This document shows positions 17,789 through 26,936 of a DNA stretch of 54,949 nucleotides, one piece after another. Position numbers and translations under genes: made by a program. The notes under the pieces were generated by a model. It was not told the DNA's origin. It searched no databases and worked only from the letters and a program-made list of their open reading frames with translations. The first letter of the stretch is position 1. Each line of letters opens with the position of its first letter. This stretch comes from an uncultured virus (IMG/VR IMGVR_UViG_3300046171_000241). Taxonomy: Duplodnaviria > Heunggongvirae > Uroviricota > Caudoviricetes. The stretch is from the IMG/VR virus record IMGVR_UViG_3300046171_000241; one strand, 5' to 3'.

Positions 17789-18822
17789 CTTACGTTGTGT
17801 CCTCCAAACATGTAACGCATACCGTTTAGGATTTTGTTTCCGAATTCCCCCAGTCTGCGAGAATTAAAGCGTTCAAATAGTGCGGCAGAGATAACAGGTG
17901 TGGGTACACCAAGATCCACAGCAGCGTGAAGAGTCCAACGACCTTCACCAGAGTCTGATACTCCCCCATCGAACTTGCTAAGTTTTGGATCATGCCGTAA
18001 TACATCAGCGGTAAGATCGAGTAACCAACTACCAACCACACTACCACGACGCCAAAGCTCAGCCACTTCAACAGTGTCAATATCATACTGATAATCTGCC
18101 GGATTTTCCATCGGAGCCACCTCAGCATCACCCTCCTTGATGTAATGGGAACCAAGATTGCCATGATGCAGGATGTTAAACCCCTCGGCATACGCTTGCA
18201 TGATCCCATATTCTACACCGTTATGAACCATCTTGACAAAGTGTCCTGCGCCTGGTCCACCGCAATGCAACCAACCGTACTCAGCAGATGTTGCGTTTGT
18301 GTAAGGGTCTGTGCGGGCTGCAGCGGTAATGCCAGGTGCAAGTGCGCGGAAAATGGGGGCACAGACAGATACTGCGCCACTTGCACCACCAACCATAAGA
18401 CAGTATCCACGCTCCAAACCATAAACTCCACCACTAGTACCGCAGTCAAGATATTGGATGCCCATCTTAACCAACCTTTCTGCTCTCCTGCGAGAATCCT
18501 TAAAGTTGCTATTGCCATGGTCAATAACAATATCCCCGTCGCCAAGTAATGGTAGTAACTCATTGAGTGTGTCCTCTACTAATTCTGCGGGAATAACAAG
18601 TTGAAAGATGCCAGGTGCTTTACCAACCTGACCTTCCTGTTGATGAACTACTTGAACAAGGCTTTCCAGATTAGTGGCAACTCCACTAACATAACCTGCT
18701 TCATACGCTTCTTGAGCTTTTGCATAGTTCCTCCTGTAACCCCATACTTCGATACCTTGTTTCATCATACGGCGAGACATACCCTCACCCATACGACCAA
18801 GACCAATCATTCCTACTTTCAT
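17785..18822 (-). CDS. gnd: 6-phosphogluconate dehydrogenase (short form)
   Basis: GMIGLGRMG, GHFVKMVHNGVEYG and DSGEGRWT. Confidence 0.96.
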   Translation of the reverse strand: MKVGMIGLGRMGEGMSRRMMKQGIEVWGYRRNYAKAQEAYEAGYVSGVATNLESLVQVVHQQEGQVGKAPGIFQLVIPAELVEDTLNELLPLLGDGDIVIDHGNSNFKDSRRRAERLVKMGIQYLDCGTSGGVYGLERGYCLMVGGASGAVSVCAPIFRALAPGITAAARTDPYTNATSAEYGWLHCGGPGAGHFVKMVHNGVEYGIMQAYAEGFNILHHGNLGSHYIKEGDAEVAPMENPADYQYDIDTVEVAELWRRGSVVGSWLLDLTADVLRHDPKLSKFDGGVSDSGEGRWTLHAAVDLGVPTPVISAALFERFNSRRLGEFGNKILNGMRYMFGGHNVR

Positions 18823-19258
18823 TTTGACCCCTGAATTGCTAAAAGAGTTTCATAAGGAATCCAAGCAGGTTCCTCGTCTCTAAATTGAACTTGAACTTCG
18901 GTAATTACTTCTTCGAGGTCTTTCCTATAGGATTGCCTTGTATTTTTTACATATGATAGTGGATTGTTCATCATCATCTCCAGGATCGTGCGCTTTGCAT
19001 TCTTCTTCTCATCTCATCGGATAGAGAAGCATACTCGTTAAACATTTTATCACCAGCAATATAACAATGCTGTCTCTTCTCTAGTGCTTCAATGATTAGC
19101 ACATAATCTTGTTTGGTAAAGTCGGGAACGTACTTGCTCATGAATTTTTTTGATTTATTCCTAATTGTTTTAAGTAATCAATCCACCATTGCGGATCTTT
19201 TTTTGTTTTCCAGTGAGGAACTGGGAGATCTTTTTCTGAGTAATACTCATAAATTGCA

Positions 19259-19492
19259 CTATCTATAATCTGTGCGATCTCCATATTCTTCTTCCTCTTC
19301 GTCAACGTCTGCATATGCGTCTGCCACATAAGGTCCGTGTGGTTTTTTAGATTCGGATCTGACATACTTCTGTTCTTCGTTGACTGCAACAATCCACAGA
19401 CTGAGTTTCATTATAACCCATATTATTGCTATTGGCGATAAACATGCAATTAAAACAAGCGGTTTCATTAACCTCTGTACCTCCCTGGCCAT
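19259..19492 (-). CDS. small membrane protein
   Basis: Transmembrane helix and acidic tail; start uncertain. Confidence 0.55.
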   Translation of the reverse strand: MAREVQRLMKPLVLIACLSPIAIIWVIMKLSLWIVAVNEEQKYVRSESKKPHGPYVADAYADVDEEEEEYGDRTDYR

Positions 19493-19547
19493 GTTAACTG
19501 CATTCCAGCAATAAGCAATGAAATGAATGCAAATACAAACAAAGTGG

Positions 19548-20060
19548 TCATTTGATTATCTCCATTGCCTTTTGCAGTTCTCTTGAATGCTCTAGTTCGT
19601 CATTCAAGATTTCCAGAATCTTGTCGTCAGGACCATTAGAGGCAAGATACTTTGCATAAGTTTCTGCTGCATGAATTTCTACCTCGTAGGAGAGATGGTA
19701 AGCAGACCTAGGAGCCACCCAGTAATAAACCACGTTGACCCAATAGTAGACAAGTACAAGGTGTCTGGCGAAAGCGCGATCCACCCAATAAGCAGAACCG
19801 CCCCTAGATTCCATATACTCCAGATGTTCTGTTTCGTTAAGAGTTTGAGCAAAATGTTCCTCCATCAGATAGATGTGTTCTGGACCTCGTAGACCCATAG
19901 ACTCTCTCAAATGCAATACACTTAAGAATGCAAAATAAGGTGCCCGCGCAATCTCCTCAAGCACCCAGAATCTTTGATAGTCTCGACCTCTATAAAGAAA
20001 ATCGATGATTGCAACTGTAATATCTAAGACTAAAGTATTAAAAGTGTTCATTGTCTTCAT
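19548..20060 (-). CDS. ptox: plastoquinol terminal oxidase
   Basis: RFWVLEEIARAPYF and diiron motifs NETEHL, EIHAAETY and DELEH. Confidence 0.93.
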   Translation of the reverse strand: MKTMNTFNTLVLDITVAIIDFLYRGRDYQRFWVLEEIARAPYFAFLSVLHLRESMGLRGPEHIYLMEEHFAQTLNETEHLEYMESRGGSAYWVDRAFARHLVLVYYWVNVVYYWVAPRSAYHLSYEVEIHAAETYAKYLASNGPDDKILEILNDELEHSRELQKAMEIIK

Positions 20061-20162
20061 CAGGTTCGTAGAGTGGACAAGGTTCTTCAAATAAATGACC
20101 CATCCTAAGTTGATGAATCCTTTCTCTTAAATCCTTGTAGAACTCTCTTTTCTCATCTTCCG

Positions 20163-20486
20163 TCATTCGACGTGTACGGTTCCGATCATTCCTGCCCCTT
20201 TATGAGGAGCACACCAATAAGTATAGTCACCAGGATCGTTAAAGACAAGATCAAATTCTTCACCTGGTAACATTGCCAGGGATTCGTGACCTAAGTCTGG
20301 ACGATCTTCCACAATCACGTTGTGTGGTGGAAGCATGTTGTTGACAAAATGGACTGATTCGCCAGCACTAATTGTGACTTCAGCAGGATCAAATACTAGA
20401 TTTCCTCCAGACCCCATCTGAACATCAACTGCCCATGCAGGAGCAGCGAGAAATAATGTAGCGAGAAATGCGAAAATAAACTTCAT
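20163..20486 (-). CDS. petE: plastocyanin
   Basis: Signal peptide, PHNV and YWCAPHKGAGM copper ligands. Confidence 0.95.
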   Translation of the reverse strand: MKFIFAFLATLFLAAPAWAVDVQMGSGGNLVFDPAEVTISAGESVHFVNNMLPPHNVIVEDRPDLGHESLAMLPGEEFDLVFNDPGDYTYWCAPHKGAGMIGTVHVE

Positions 20487-20508
20487 AAAGTTTACGCAAC
20501 TACACTAT

Positions 20509-20708
20509 CTATGTCTTCCTTATTGAAGTGTAACGGGAATTTGTTTTGAGTTCCTGACTAACCATTTCCCCAAATTCTATTACACATTTACCCCATTCTG
20601 CTCTAGCATCTGAGGCTCCTAATGCTTTTTTCGCCACAAAGTGTGCCACTCCCTCCAAAGGTTAGCACACTCATCAGACTTTTTTTGTAAGTGCGGTTCC
20701 CGATACAT
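20509..20708 (-). CDS. 66-aa hypothetical protein read through a -1 shift (recoding or error)
   Basis: MYREPHLQKKSDECANLWREWHTLWRK, then A-AAA-AAG; the -1 frame continues ALGASDARAEWGKC...IRKT*. Confidence 0.5.
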
Positions 20709-20751
20709 GGGAATCCTGGGGGTTGGTGCCCGTGACTACAATCTATTTAGA

Positions 20752-21330
20752 TCAACAATCACTAATTGCAGAGTTTACTAATGACCCTGCTGAAGACCCA
20801 ATGTTATTTCCTAACAATGAAACCCATCCTGCTGCCAACCAACCAATATATGGGATATTCATTACTGCAGGGACAGCAACACCAGCTGCAAGAGCACTAC
20901 CTGCCATTGCACCTTGAGACCGTGCTCCAGCGTCCGCCGCGATACACTCTGCGCTTAGGGCACTCTTTCCCTCTCCGTCCAGCGTTGCGGCACCTCCGAT
21001 GTTTCTCACACCTTCCGCAGTGTATTGATCACGTCTCCATTCTCTTCTCATCTCAGTTCCGCCACCAAATAATCCTTTCTTGTCCTTATCAAGACTCAGT
21101 GATCTCTGTGACTCAAGAATAGCAGGATCGTTTGCTTTATATTCAATTGTATATCCGTCCTTACCTGCTTCTATTTTATAAGAAGAATATGGAGTGCCGC
21201 GTGGAATGTTAATGGTAGGAACCTGAATCCTATCAGGTTCTCTTCTAACCAAATGTCCCAGCACACCGATATGTGCAATCGCTACTATGCTGCCAAGACT
21301 AATGGCAGTCCACTTGAGGTAAGGTTTCAT
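20752..21330 (-). CDS. membrane hypothetical protein with glycine-zipper-like C-terminus
   Basis: N-terminal transmembrane helix; C-terminal Gly/Ala-rich hydrophobic helices (IPYIGWLAAGW). Confidence 0.75.
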   Translation of the reverse strand: MKPYLKWTAISLGSIVAIAHIGVLGHLVRREPDRIQVPTINIPRGTPYSSYKIEAGKDGYTIEYKANDPAILESQRSLSLDKDKKGLFGGGTEMRREWRRDQYTAEGVRNIGGAATLDGEGKSALSAECIAADAGARSQGAMAGSALAAGVAVPAVMNIPYIGWLAAGWVSLLGNNIGSSAGSLVNSAISDC

Positions 21331-21331
21331 A

Positions 21332-21784
21332 TCACATCTTGTATGGTGGTTGATCTGAATCGGTTACAATTTTGATTGGTCCTTGCTCGACTCTGATTGT
21401 TTGAGCAGGAGCGGTCTCCTTTGCAGCAGCAATCAGTCTTTCAAGATCTGCCTTGGTGATTCCACCAGCACCACCAGCAGCGGCAGCACCATTACCATTC
21501 ATCTTCATTGTTCCATCACCAGATTTCTTTGCCGTCTGGACCCCGAACGTAGCTAAAACTCCGGTAAACACCGAGGCTATGAAAGTTGGATCGATCTTCT
21601 GCTGTGGCAAACCAGGAATGGTCACATAGTTAAGAGTAAGAATACCACCAGACCAAACTAGAATACCTAGTCTTACCAATGTACTAAGAACCATCAACTG
21701 CTCATCAGCATCCTCAACTTTATCTTTGAGTTTAGCGATGGGACCTTTCTTTTTAGGTTCTTCCTTCTTAACTTCTTCGGACAT
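21332..21784 (-). CDS. two-TM membrane protein
   Basis: Motif KIDPTFIASVFTGVLATFGVQ. Confidence 0.75.
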   Translation of the reverse strand: MSEEVKKEEPKKKGPIAKLKDKVEDADEQLMVLSTLVRLGILVWSGGILTLNYVTIPGLPQQKIDPTFIASVFTGVLATFGVQTAKKSGDGTMKMNGNGAAAAGGAGGITKADLERLIAAAKETAPAQTIRVEQGPIKIVTDSDQPPYKM

Positions 21785-21810
21785 GAGTCACCAGCAAAAG
21801 GCAACTCTAT

Positions 21811-22032
21811 TTATGGTTCTAGTTGTTCTACAGAGATTGTTGTTTGTTTAATTGAGTTAAATTTTCTACAGAGATCATCACTCGACTGATGTTCCCATTT
21901 GTGATACGCATCCTTGAGAGACTGAACGTAATCGTTTCCATCGTTGCAACATCTCATCTCTTCAGCAACTATGGATTTGATTAACACATCTCTTGTTAAA
22001 TGTGTCATATGTAAATACTTGTTGTCCAACAA
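21811..22032 (-). CDS. hypothetical protein
   Basis: ORF with its own promoter; likely start MTHLTRD. Confidence 0.55.
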   Translation of the reverse strand: MLDNKYLHMTHLTRDVLIKSIVAEEMRCCNDGNDYVQSLKDAYHKWEHQSSDDLCRKFNSIKQTTISVEQLEP

Positions 22033-22118
22033 CAGACTGCTACATTATAAGATTGTAGAGTAATTGTCAAGCAGTCTGTCTTGGGTGTTCCTTTCCCGAC
22101 TTATGACTGGGATGTTAA

Positions 22119-22796
22119 TTATTTAGTAATGTAACCATTTTCAATCAACCATTCGCGAGTCATAGGTGTGGGATCATAGTCCGACCACATAGTACCTGCA
22201 GCACAAGACTGAAGTGCTTTCATAGTCATACCTTCAGTCTTACCTGCCCAGGTTGCTTCCTTTTCCCAAGGAATTGCTTCTGGTTGGAATGCATATGCTC
22301 TCCGTGCCATCTCTTGCCACATCTCAGGAACATCATCCTCATTATGAATGATAGCAATCAGATTGTTTTCAATAGTTCCTGCCATACAATCTTGGGCAGC
22401 GTGCCATCCTTCGTGGCGCATCACACTCATCAATACATGAGGACGCTTCATGAATGTTTTGTTCAGGAAGAAATTATTTCCTACAGTATGGTACACACCA
22501 CGATGCCCAACAGGGAAATATTTTTCATCTGCTAGAAACACGTTAACTCCGACCTGACTAAGGGCGACAAGCATAGAGTTGAACTCGTTAGCAACAGAAT
22601 AAAAATCGTCAGTATTGGGATACTGACTAGAAACATCCAGAAGACTAAAGACTTGTTTGACTCCATCGGTACACTCTCTGAGTAACATGCACCCCATAGA
22701 ATGATTGGTATAGTAATCATCCGTATCAATTGGGTCAGCAAGAACTGGAGCAGCAATTGATGCTGCTGCCAGCAAACTCATAATAATTTTTTTCAT
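22119..22796 (-). CDS. secreted putative zinc metallopeptidase
   Basis: Signal peptide MKKII...VLA; HExxH (RHEGWHAAQD) with a downstream Glu (EKEA). Confidence 0.7.
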   Translation of the reverse strand: MKKIIMSLLAAASIAAPVLADPIDTDDYYTNHSMGCMLLRECTDGVKQVFSLLDVSSQYPNTDDFYSVANEFNSMLVALSQVGVNVFLADEKYFPVGHRGVYHTVGNNFFLNKTFMKRPHVLMSVMRHEGWHAAQDCMAGTIENNLIAIIHNEDDVPEMWQEMARRAYAFQPEAIPWEKEATWAGKTEGMTMKALQSCAAGTMWSDYDPTPMTREWLIENGYITK

Positions 22797-22797
22797 A

Positions 22798-23055
22798 TCA
22801 GAAAGAAGGAATAGCAGGACCAGTTTTAGTGGGGAGAGCAACGGCACCACCAGTAGCACCAGGAAGTTCAGGCAGAGCAGCATCCATCATCCCTGGAAGT
22901 GCTCCTGCAATCGCCTCTGTTGCTGCTTTGGCAACGTTTTCCTTCACTTGTTCAATGATAGCATCTCGGCGTAAATAAACAACCGTTCCTCCACCGATGA
23001 TACCCGCAGTTCCCACAAATGATAGAACTGCTAATACATTAATTACTTTTTGCAT
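22798..23055 (-). CDS. membrane-anchored hypothetical protein
   Basis: N-terminal transmembrane helix. Confidence 0.7.
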   Translation of the reverse strand: MQKVINVLAVLSFVGTAGIIGGGTVVYLRRDAIIEQVKENVAKAATEAIAGALPGMMDAALPELPGATGGAVALPTKTGPAIPSF

Positions 23056-23326
23056 AATATGCCTCGTAGTATTTTACAATCCCTGCAGTGTGCATGTTGC
23101 CTTGAGAGACCCATTCTTGAGCACACTCGTAGATTGATTGATTTGAATATTTAGGAAGTCCTCCTTCCAACTGATGACCAAATTTTGCTATCAGAACATT
23201 AAGGCACTGATTCCTTACTTTCATTCTTGCGTCATCATAACGCCAATCATCGATGGACATTTTCTGAACCGCCTTGGAAGTTTTCAGATCCACCAATGGG
23301 ATCAAGTTGAGTAGTGGTCTTACCAC
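23039..23326 (-). CDS. hypothetical protein
   Basis: YSNQSIYECAQEWVSQGN motif; probable start at MSIDDW. Confidence 0.6.
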   Translation of the reverse strand: MVRPLLNLIPLVDLKTSKAVQKMSIDDWRYDDARMKVRNQCLNVLIAKFGHQLEGGLPKYSNQSIYECAQEWVSQGNMHTAGIVKYYEAYYAKSN

Positions 23327-23705
23327 TCTTTGTTGCTAGATCATACATCACTTGATGAATGTTCTCTGGTTCTTTCGTCCAGTATTGGCGATTTTCTTCT
23401 TCCTGTTGCTTGATCTCTGTTTCCTTTTCCATATAATCTTGACCCTTCTCAGAAACTGGTGCAGGACCAAACCATTCATCATCTTTCAGATATGCAGGTG
23501 CAGGAATACCAGTATATCCAGTATATCTGTTTTCTGGGGGAATGTCACCATAAGGACTGATACCGTGACTGAAATGACTTGGACCACACTCACGAAGAGG
23601 TGCTTCCAATTCATCGATGGTTTGTTCAGTATTTTTTTCCCAAGTACCAGATGCCTCAGGCGAAAAGAAAATTTGATTTAGAGTTTCTTTAATTTTATTA
23701 ATCAT
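23247..23705 (-). CDS. hypothetical protein
   Basis: ATGA-coupled 152-aa ORF. Confidence 0.6.
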   Translation of the reverse strand: MINKIKETLNQIFFSPEASGTWEKNTEQTIDELEAPLRECGPSHFSHGISPYGDIPPENRYTGYTGIPAPAYLKDDEWFGPAPVSEKGQDYMEKETEIKQQEEENRQYWTKEPENIHQVMYDLATKSGKTTTQLDPIGGSENFQGGSENVHR

Positions 23706-24274
23706 ACTAGTACCAGTTTCTTAGTGAAATCGTATGCATAAAGTTCTCTGTTCCCTTTGATACCCCATCCTAACCAATAGTAAGCAGGAACCATGTATTG
23801 TCGGACAGTTTTACCACTGCCTTCAAATTCTGGAAGGACTTTCTGGAAGTGAATTTCATTAATCATATAACGAGTCTGACCCTCAAGAGAACTAGGATCA
23901 CAGTTGAACTTCTCACAGAACAAACCTAACCCCAGATAACGGTTCTCAGTGGTCCACTGAATGAGTCCGTACCCACCCCGATGGCAATCAGAGTAAGGAA
24001 CTCTAGCCCCTCCCTCGCAAATGTTGGAATGGAACTTACTTTCCTGTTTAATATTTCCCAGTATTGTTGCCAGGGCATTTCTATCCGTGATTCTAGTTTT
24101 CTCTTGAAGTTCAGAAAGAACAAACTGTTCTTCTGGTGTGCAATCAATACACTTCCAAGTAGGAACATAAGGTTCTACTGGAATACTGACAACTTCTTTT
24201 TGCTCTACTGCCTTGGTGGCACAAGAAGCAGTAAGAAGTGCCAGAGATGTGTAAGCAGCGATCCGTCTGAACAT
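23702..24274 (-). CDS. phage tail-lysozyme-like cell wall hydrolase
   Basis: ILGNIKQES and GYGLIQWT motifs; lipoprotein-like N-terminus (LLTASC). Confidence 0.75.
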   Translation of the reverse strand: MFRRIAAYTSLALLTASCATKAVEQKEVVSIPVEPYVPTWKCIDCTPEEQFVLSELQEKTRITDRNALATILGNIKQESKFHSNICEGGARVPYSDCHRGGYGLIQWTTENRYLGLGLFCEKFNCDPSSLEGQTRYMINEIHFQKVLPEFEGSGKTVRQYMVPAYYWLGWGIKGNRELYAYDFTKKLVLV

Positions 24275-24303
24275 TAAAAAGGGGGTTGCATAGTACCCCC
24301 GAA

Positions 24304-24331
24304 TTATAGATTATTCGGTTTTATGTGTCAA
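24304..24331 (-). promoter_or_regulatory. sigma70-type promoter
   Basis: TTGACA-17 nt-TATAAT. Confidence 0.65.
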
Positions 24332-24473
24332 GCAGATGGAGACGGTGCATAGACTGGTTGCATCAGTCCACCATCTGGTCCGTTACTGTCATCATCATCA
24401 ACACCTCCATCAGTCAATAGGGCTGCGAATACAAACCCTCCTAGCATGGATGCTGCTATGAGTAACATATCGT

Positions 24474-24584
24474 TCACCAGATTCCGGGGATTACTTGTCC
24501 AGTTGCGAGATAAGATCCCACAGCGGCAACGAAACCGATCATTGCTGCACGTCCATTCAGTTTTTCTGCGCCTTCATTAAACAT
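24474..24584 (-). CDS. hli: high-light inducible protein (36 aa, not in ORF track)
   Basis: MFNEGAEKLNGRAAMIGFVAAVGSYLATGQVIPGIW*: AExxNGRxAMIGF motif. Confidence 0.92.
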   Translation of the reverse strand: MFNEGAEKLNGRAAMIGFVAAVGSYLATGQVIPGIW

Positions 24585-24761
24585 TGTTTTTTTCCTTTAG
24601 TGTTTTGTTTGTTATGATTATTTTTTCACCATCATGAGTGAATTGCAATTCATCGTCTGGATGCCATAGTAACTCTTCATACATGTCATCTAACTTTTGA
24701 ATATCTTTCCAAAGAGCATCTGGATCAGGCATATCAAGTCGTTCGGTTTACCTCGTATATA

Positions 24762-24983
24762 TCACCGTGAAAGTTCAAGAAAGAACTTGGTGTTATCACC
24801 AGGGGTGTTTTCGTAGATAGAACTGTTGCCATATGTCTTGTGGTCTTTGTATCCAACCATACGGCCCTTCGTATTTTGAAGTGCTGACATGAATACAACA
24901 AAGAAGAATACTCCTGGAGCGCCAATCAAAAGGGCACCGCCGATCACATAATAAGTAAGAATTTCAAGAAGGGAGTTTTCCAT
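24762..24983 (-). CDS. small membrane protein
   Basis: Transmembrane helix plus ALQNTKGRMVGY. Confidence 0.65.
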   Translation of the reverse strand: MENSLLEILTYYVIGGALLIGAPGVFFFVVFMSALQNTKGRMVGYKDHKTYGNSSIYENTPGDNTKFFLELSR

Positions 24984-25068
24984 CAGTAGGTTTCAGAAAG
25001 TTGTTGTACAGAATAGGACAGAAGCACGAAAAATGCAACTGAAGTAACGGTGAAAATTGCTTCAGTCA

Positions 25069-25272
25069 TCAGAAGATGCCGAAGAAGAAGTTACCAGTGA
25101 AGGCATAGGAGATGAAACCAGAAACGATTCCCATCATTGCCCAGCGTCCATTATAGGTCTCTGCGTATTGTTGTGGCGATTCAAGACCCTTACGGTTGTA
25201 GGATTCTACTACCATTTGGGGTTCTTTGGCGAACAGATTCTGTTGACCAAATTCGTTCGTCGTTACAGTCAT
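25069..25272 (-). CDS. hli: high-light inducible protein
   Basis: QNLFAKEP and AETYNGRWAMMG. Confidence 0.92.
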   Translation of the reverse strand: MTVTTNEFGQQNLFAKEPQMVVESYNRKGLESPQQYAETYNGRWAMMGIVSGFISYAFTGNFFFGIF

Positions 25273-25298
25273 TTACTTAATGTTGTAAATCTTTACAT

Positions 25299-25351
25299 AT
25301 TATATAGTAAAAAAGCAACCCTGTCAAGAGTTGCTCTGTAGTAATCTATAC
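25299..25351 (-). promoter_or_regulatory. hli promoter overlapping a terminator, with NtcA-like box
   Basis: TTGACA (25322-25327)-17 nt-TATAAT, with the -35 inside hairpin AGCAACTCT/AGGGTTGCT plus T tract; GTA-N8-TAC at 25338-25351. Confidence 0.65.
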
Positions 25352-25543
25352 TTAGTAGTCATCTCCGTCTACGATATCCTGACATTTCTCAAGATTCTCC
25401 TTACAAAATTCCCTCACATAACCATGGACATCTTCATCCATACGATGATGATAGTCGTTGTGCATCACACCGACAAGAATAAGAAATCCCACGATCAAGA
25501 TATTGAAGTGGGTGACAGAAGAAAGTATAATCCTTTTGAACAT
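25352..25543 (-). CDS. small membrane protein
   Basis: MFKRII... with a transmembrane helix and His-rich/Cys C-terminus. Confidence 0.6.
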   Translation of the reverse strand: MFKRIILSSVTHFNILIVGFLILVGVMHNDYHHRMDEDVHGYVREFCKENLEKCQDIVDGDDY

Positions 25544-25544
25544 T

Positions 25545-25567
25545 AAAAAGGGGTGCCGTCGCACCCC
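25545..25567 (-). terminator. intrinsic terminator
   Basis: GGGGTGC-GACG-GCACCCC followed by TTTTT. Confidence 0.75.
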
Positions 25568-25604
25568 ATCATAACACCTAGATGTTTATATGTCTACTCT
25601 ACAA

Positions 25605-25970
25605 TCAGAAGTTGTACTTCAATCCCAACTTACCACCAACACCGAAATCATCGTCGTCGTCAGCAGTCAAGAAGGAAACCTCGCCATATGCGCTAAGAGC
25701 ATCCGAGACGGGGATACCCAGACCTGCTTTACCAGAGAACTGAGTTTCGGTGTCAACGCCGTCAACAGCGACTACGGCAGGGCCAGCCTGGACGTAGTAT
25801 GAAGCAGCACCAACTTCTCCCTCGTAGCCAACGTGGATGTCAGTCGTAGTTGAAGTGTAGTCATCTCCAACCCAACCGGCATTTGCTTCTACGTTAACGT
25901 AGGGACCTGCAAGGGCAGCGCCAGCAGAAGCGAACAGAGCAGCGGAGGCTGCGAATACAGATTTAAACAT
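25605..25970 (-). CDS. small outer-membrane beta-barrel-like protein
   Basis: Signal peptide (ALA), beta strands and C-terminal KLGLKYNF; GC-richer, host-like codons. Confidence 0.8.
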   Translation of the reverse strand: MFKSVFAASAALFASAGAALAGPYVNVEANAGWVGDDYTSTTTDIHVGYEGEVGAASYYVQAGPAVVAVDGVDTETQFSGKAGLGIPVSDALSAYGEVSFLTADDDDDFGVGGKLGLKYNF

Positions 25971-26084
25971 TTTTTTTACCTTTAGTTACTTGCGGAATGG
26001 ATACCCGCAGATGGATAGGGACTCGACTGTCCCGTTTAAGTATTACCTTTCGTTACTTTAATTACTGAAAGACAAAAGGTTAAG

Positions 26085-26118
26085 TATTTATACTAACAGA
26101 GTCTTAAGAAACTGTCAA
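26085..26118 (-). promoter_or_regulatory. dual sigma70 / T4 late promoter
   Basis: TTGACA (26113-26118)-17 nt-TAGTAT overlapping TATAAATA (26085-26092). Confidence 0.65.
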
Positions 26119-26936
26119 GATGGTGGGTTTCCCGTCTCTTGTGCTGCTCTCTGAGCAGCAGAGTTCTCGGTTATCCGACCCAAGTAAGGATCATAATTCA
26201 TCCAGTCTCGGATGTCAACTGATGGTCCTTGCTGTTGCCAGTAGTTCCATAATGCAGTATGTGGTCCCTGATGAAAGACCCCAATGTGTTCTGCATGAAT
26301 AGTTGATCCCAATTTCAGATTATACAAGAACAAAGGAATAGTATATGTCTTACCAGTTTCTAGAATCGTATCTTCAGAGACTGCTCTGGGTTTTACGCCA
26401 TTATCCAGTTTCCACTTATCACCACGCATATGATTCTTTAAAACCTTTGCTGCGTGATGTCGTGTAATCAAATATACAGCAGCAGAGAAATCATTAATAA
26501 ACTTGTGATGCAGTTTTACATGAATATCACCAGTACATATAGTAGTTAACTGAAGGCAATCCCAGTCATATGGTGCCAGTCTAATAAATTCTTGCCAAGT
26601 AAAATTCCAAAATTTAACAGTACCAAAGTCTACATCATCCTCAAGGATCATGCAGTAATCATCATCAGTCTCCTCATAAAAAGTCTTAATTGCCTTTAGA
26701 TGAGACATACAACATCCCAATTCTGCCTGACTTACACTATCAGGAATTCTACCTTTCAAGTGATCAGAGGCATCATCTTCCCGTGCATCGTATCCAGAAA
26801 TACGGGTATGATTTTCAATCTGCCAATACTCAAACTGCTTTTCCATATACTCACGTCTATGAACGTCAGAGTCAAGGTTTAACCAGTAGATCTTAGGAAG
26901 ACCTTTTAGTTTAAATACTGCTTTGTTTTTATCCAT
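26115..26936 (-). CDS. glycosyltransferase family 25
   Basis: IYWLNL...RR, ELGCCMSH and ILEDD. Confidence 0.88.
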   Translation of the reverse strand: MDKNKAVFKLKGLPKIYWLNLDSDVHRREYMEKQFEYWQIENHTRISGYDAREDDASDHLKGRIPDSVSQAELGCCMSHLKAIKTFYEETDDDYCMILEDDVDFGTVKFWNFTWQEFIRLAPYDWDCLQLTTICTGDIHVKLHHKFINDFSAAVYLITRHHAAKVLKNHMRGDKWKLDNGVKPRAVSEDTILETGKTYTIPLFLYNLKLGSTIHAEHIGVFHQGPHTALWNYWQQQGPSVDIRDWMNYDPYLGRITENSAAQRAAQETGNPPS

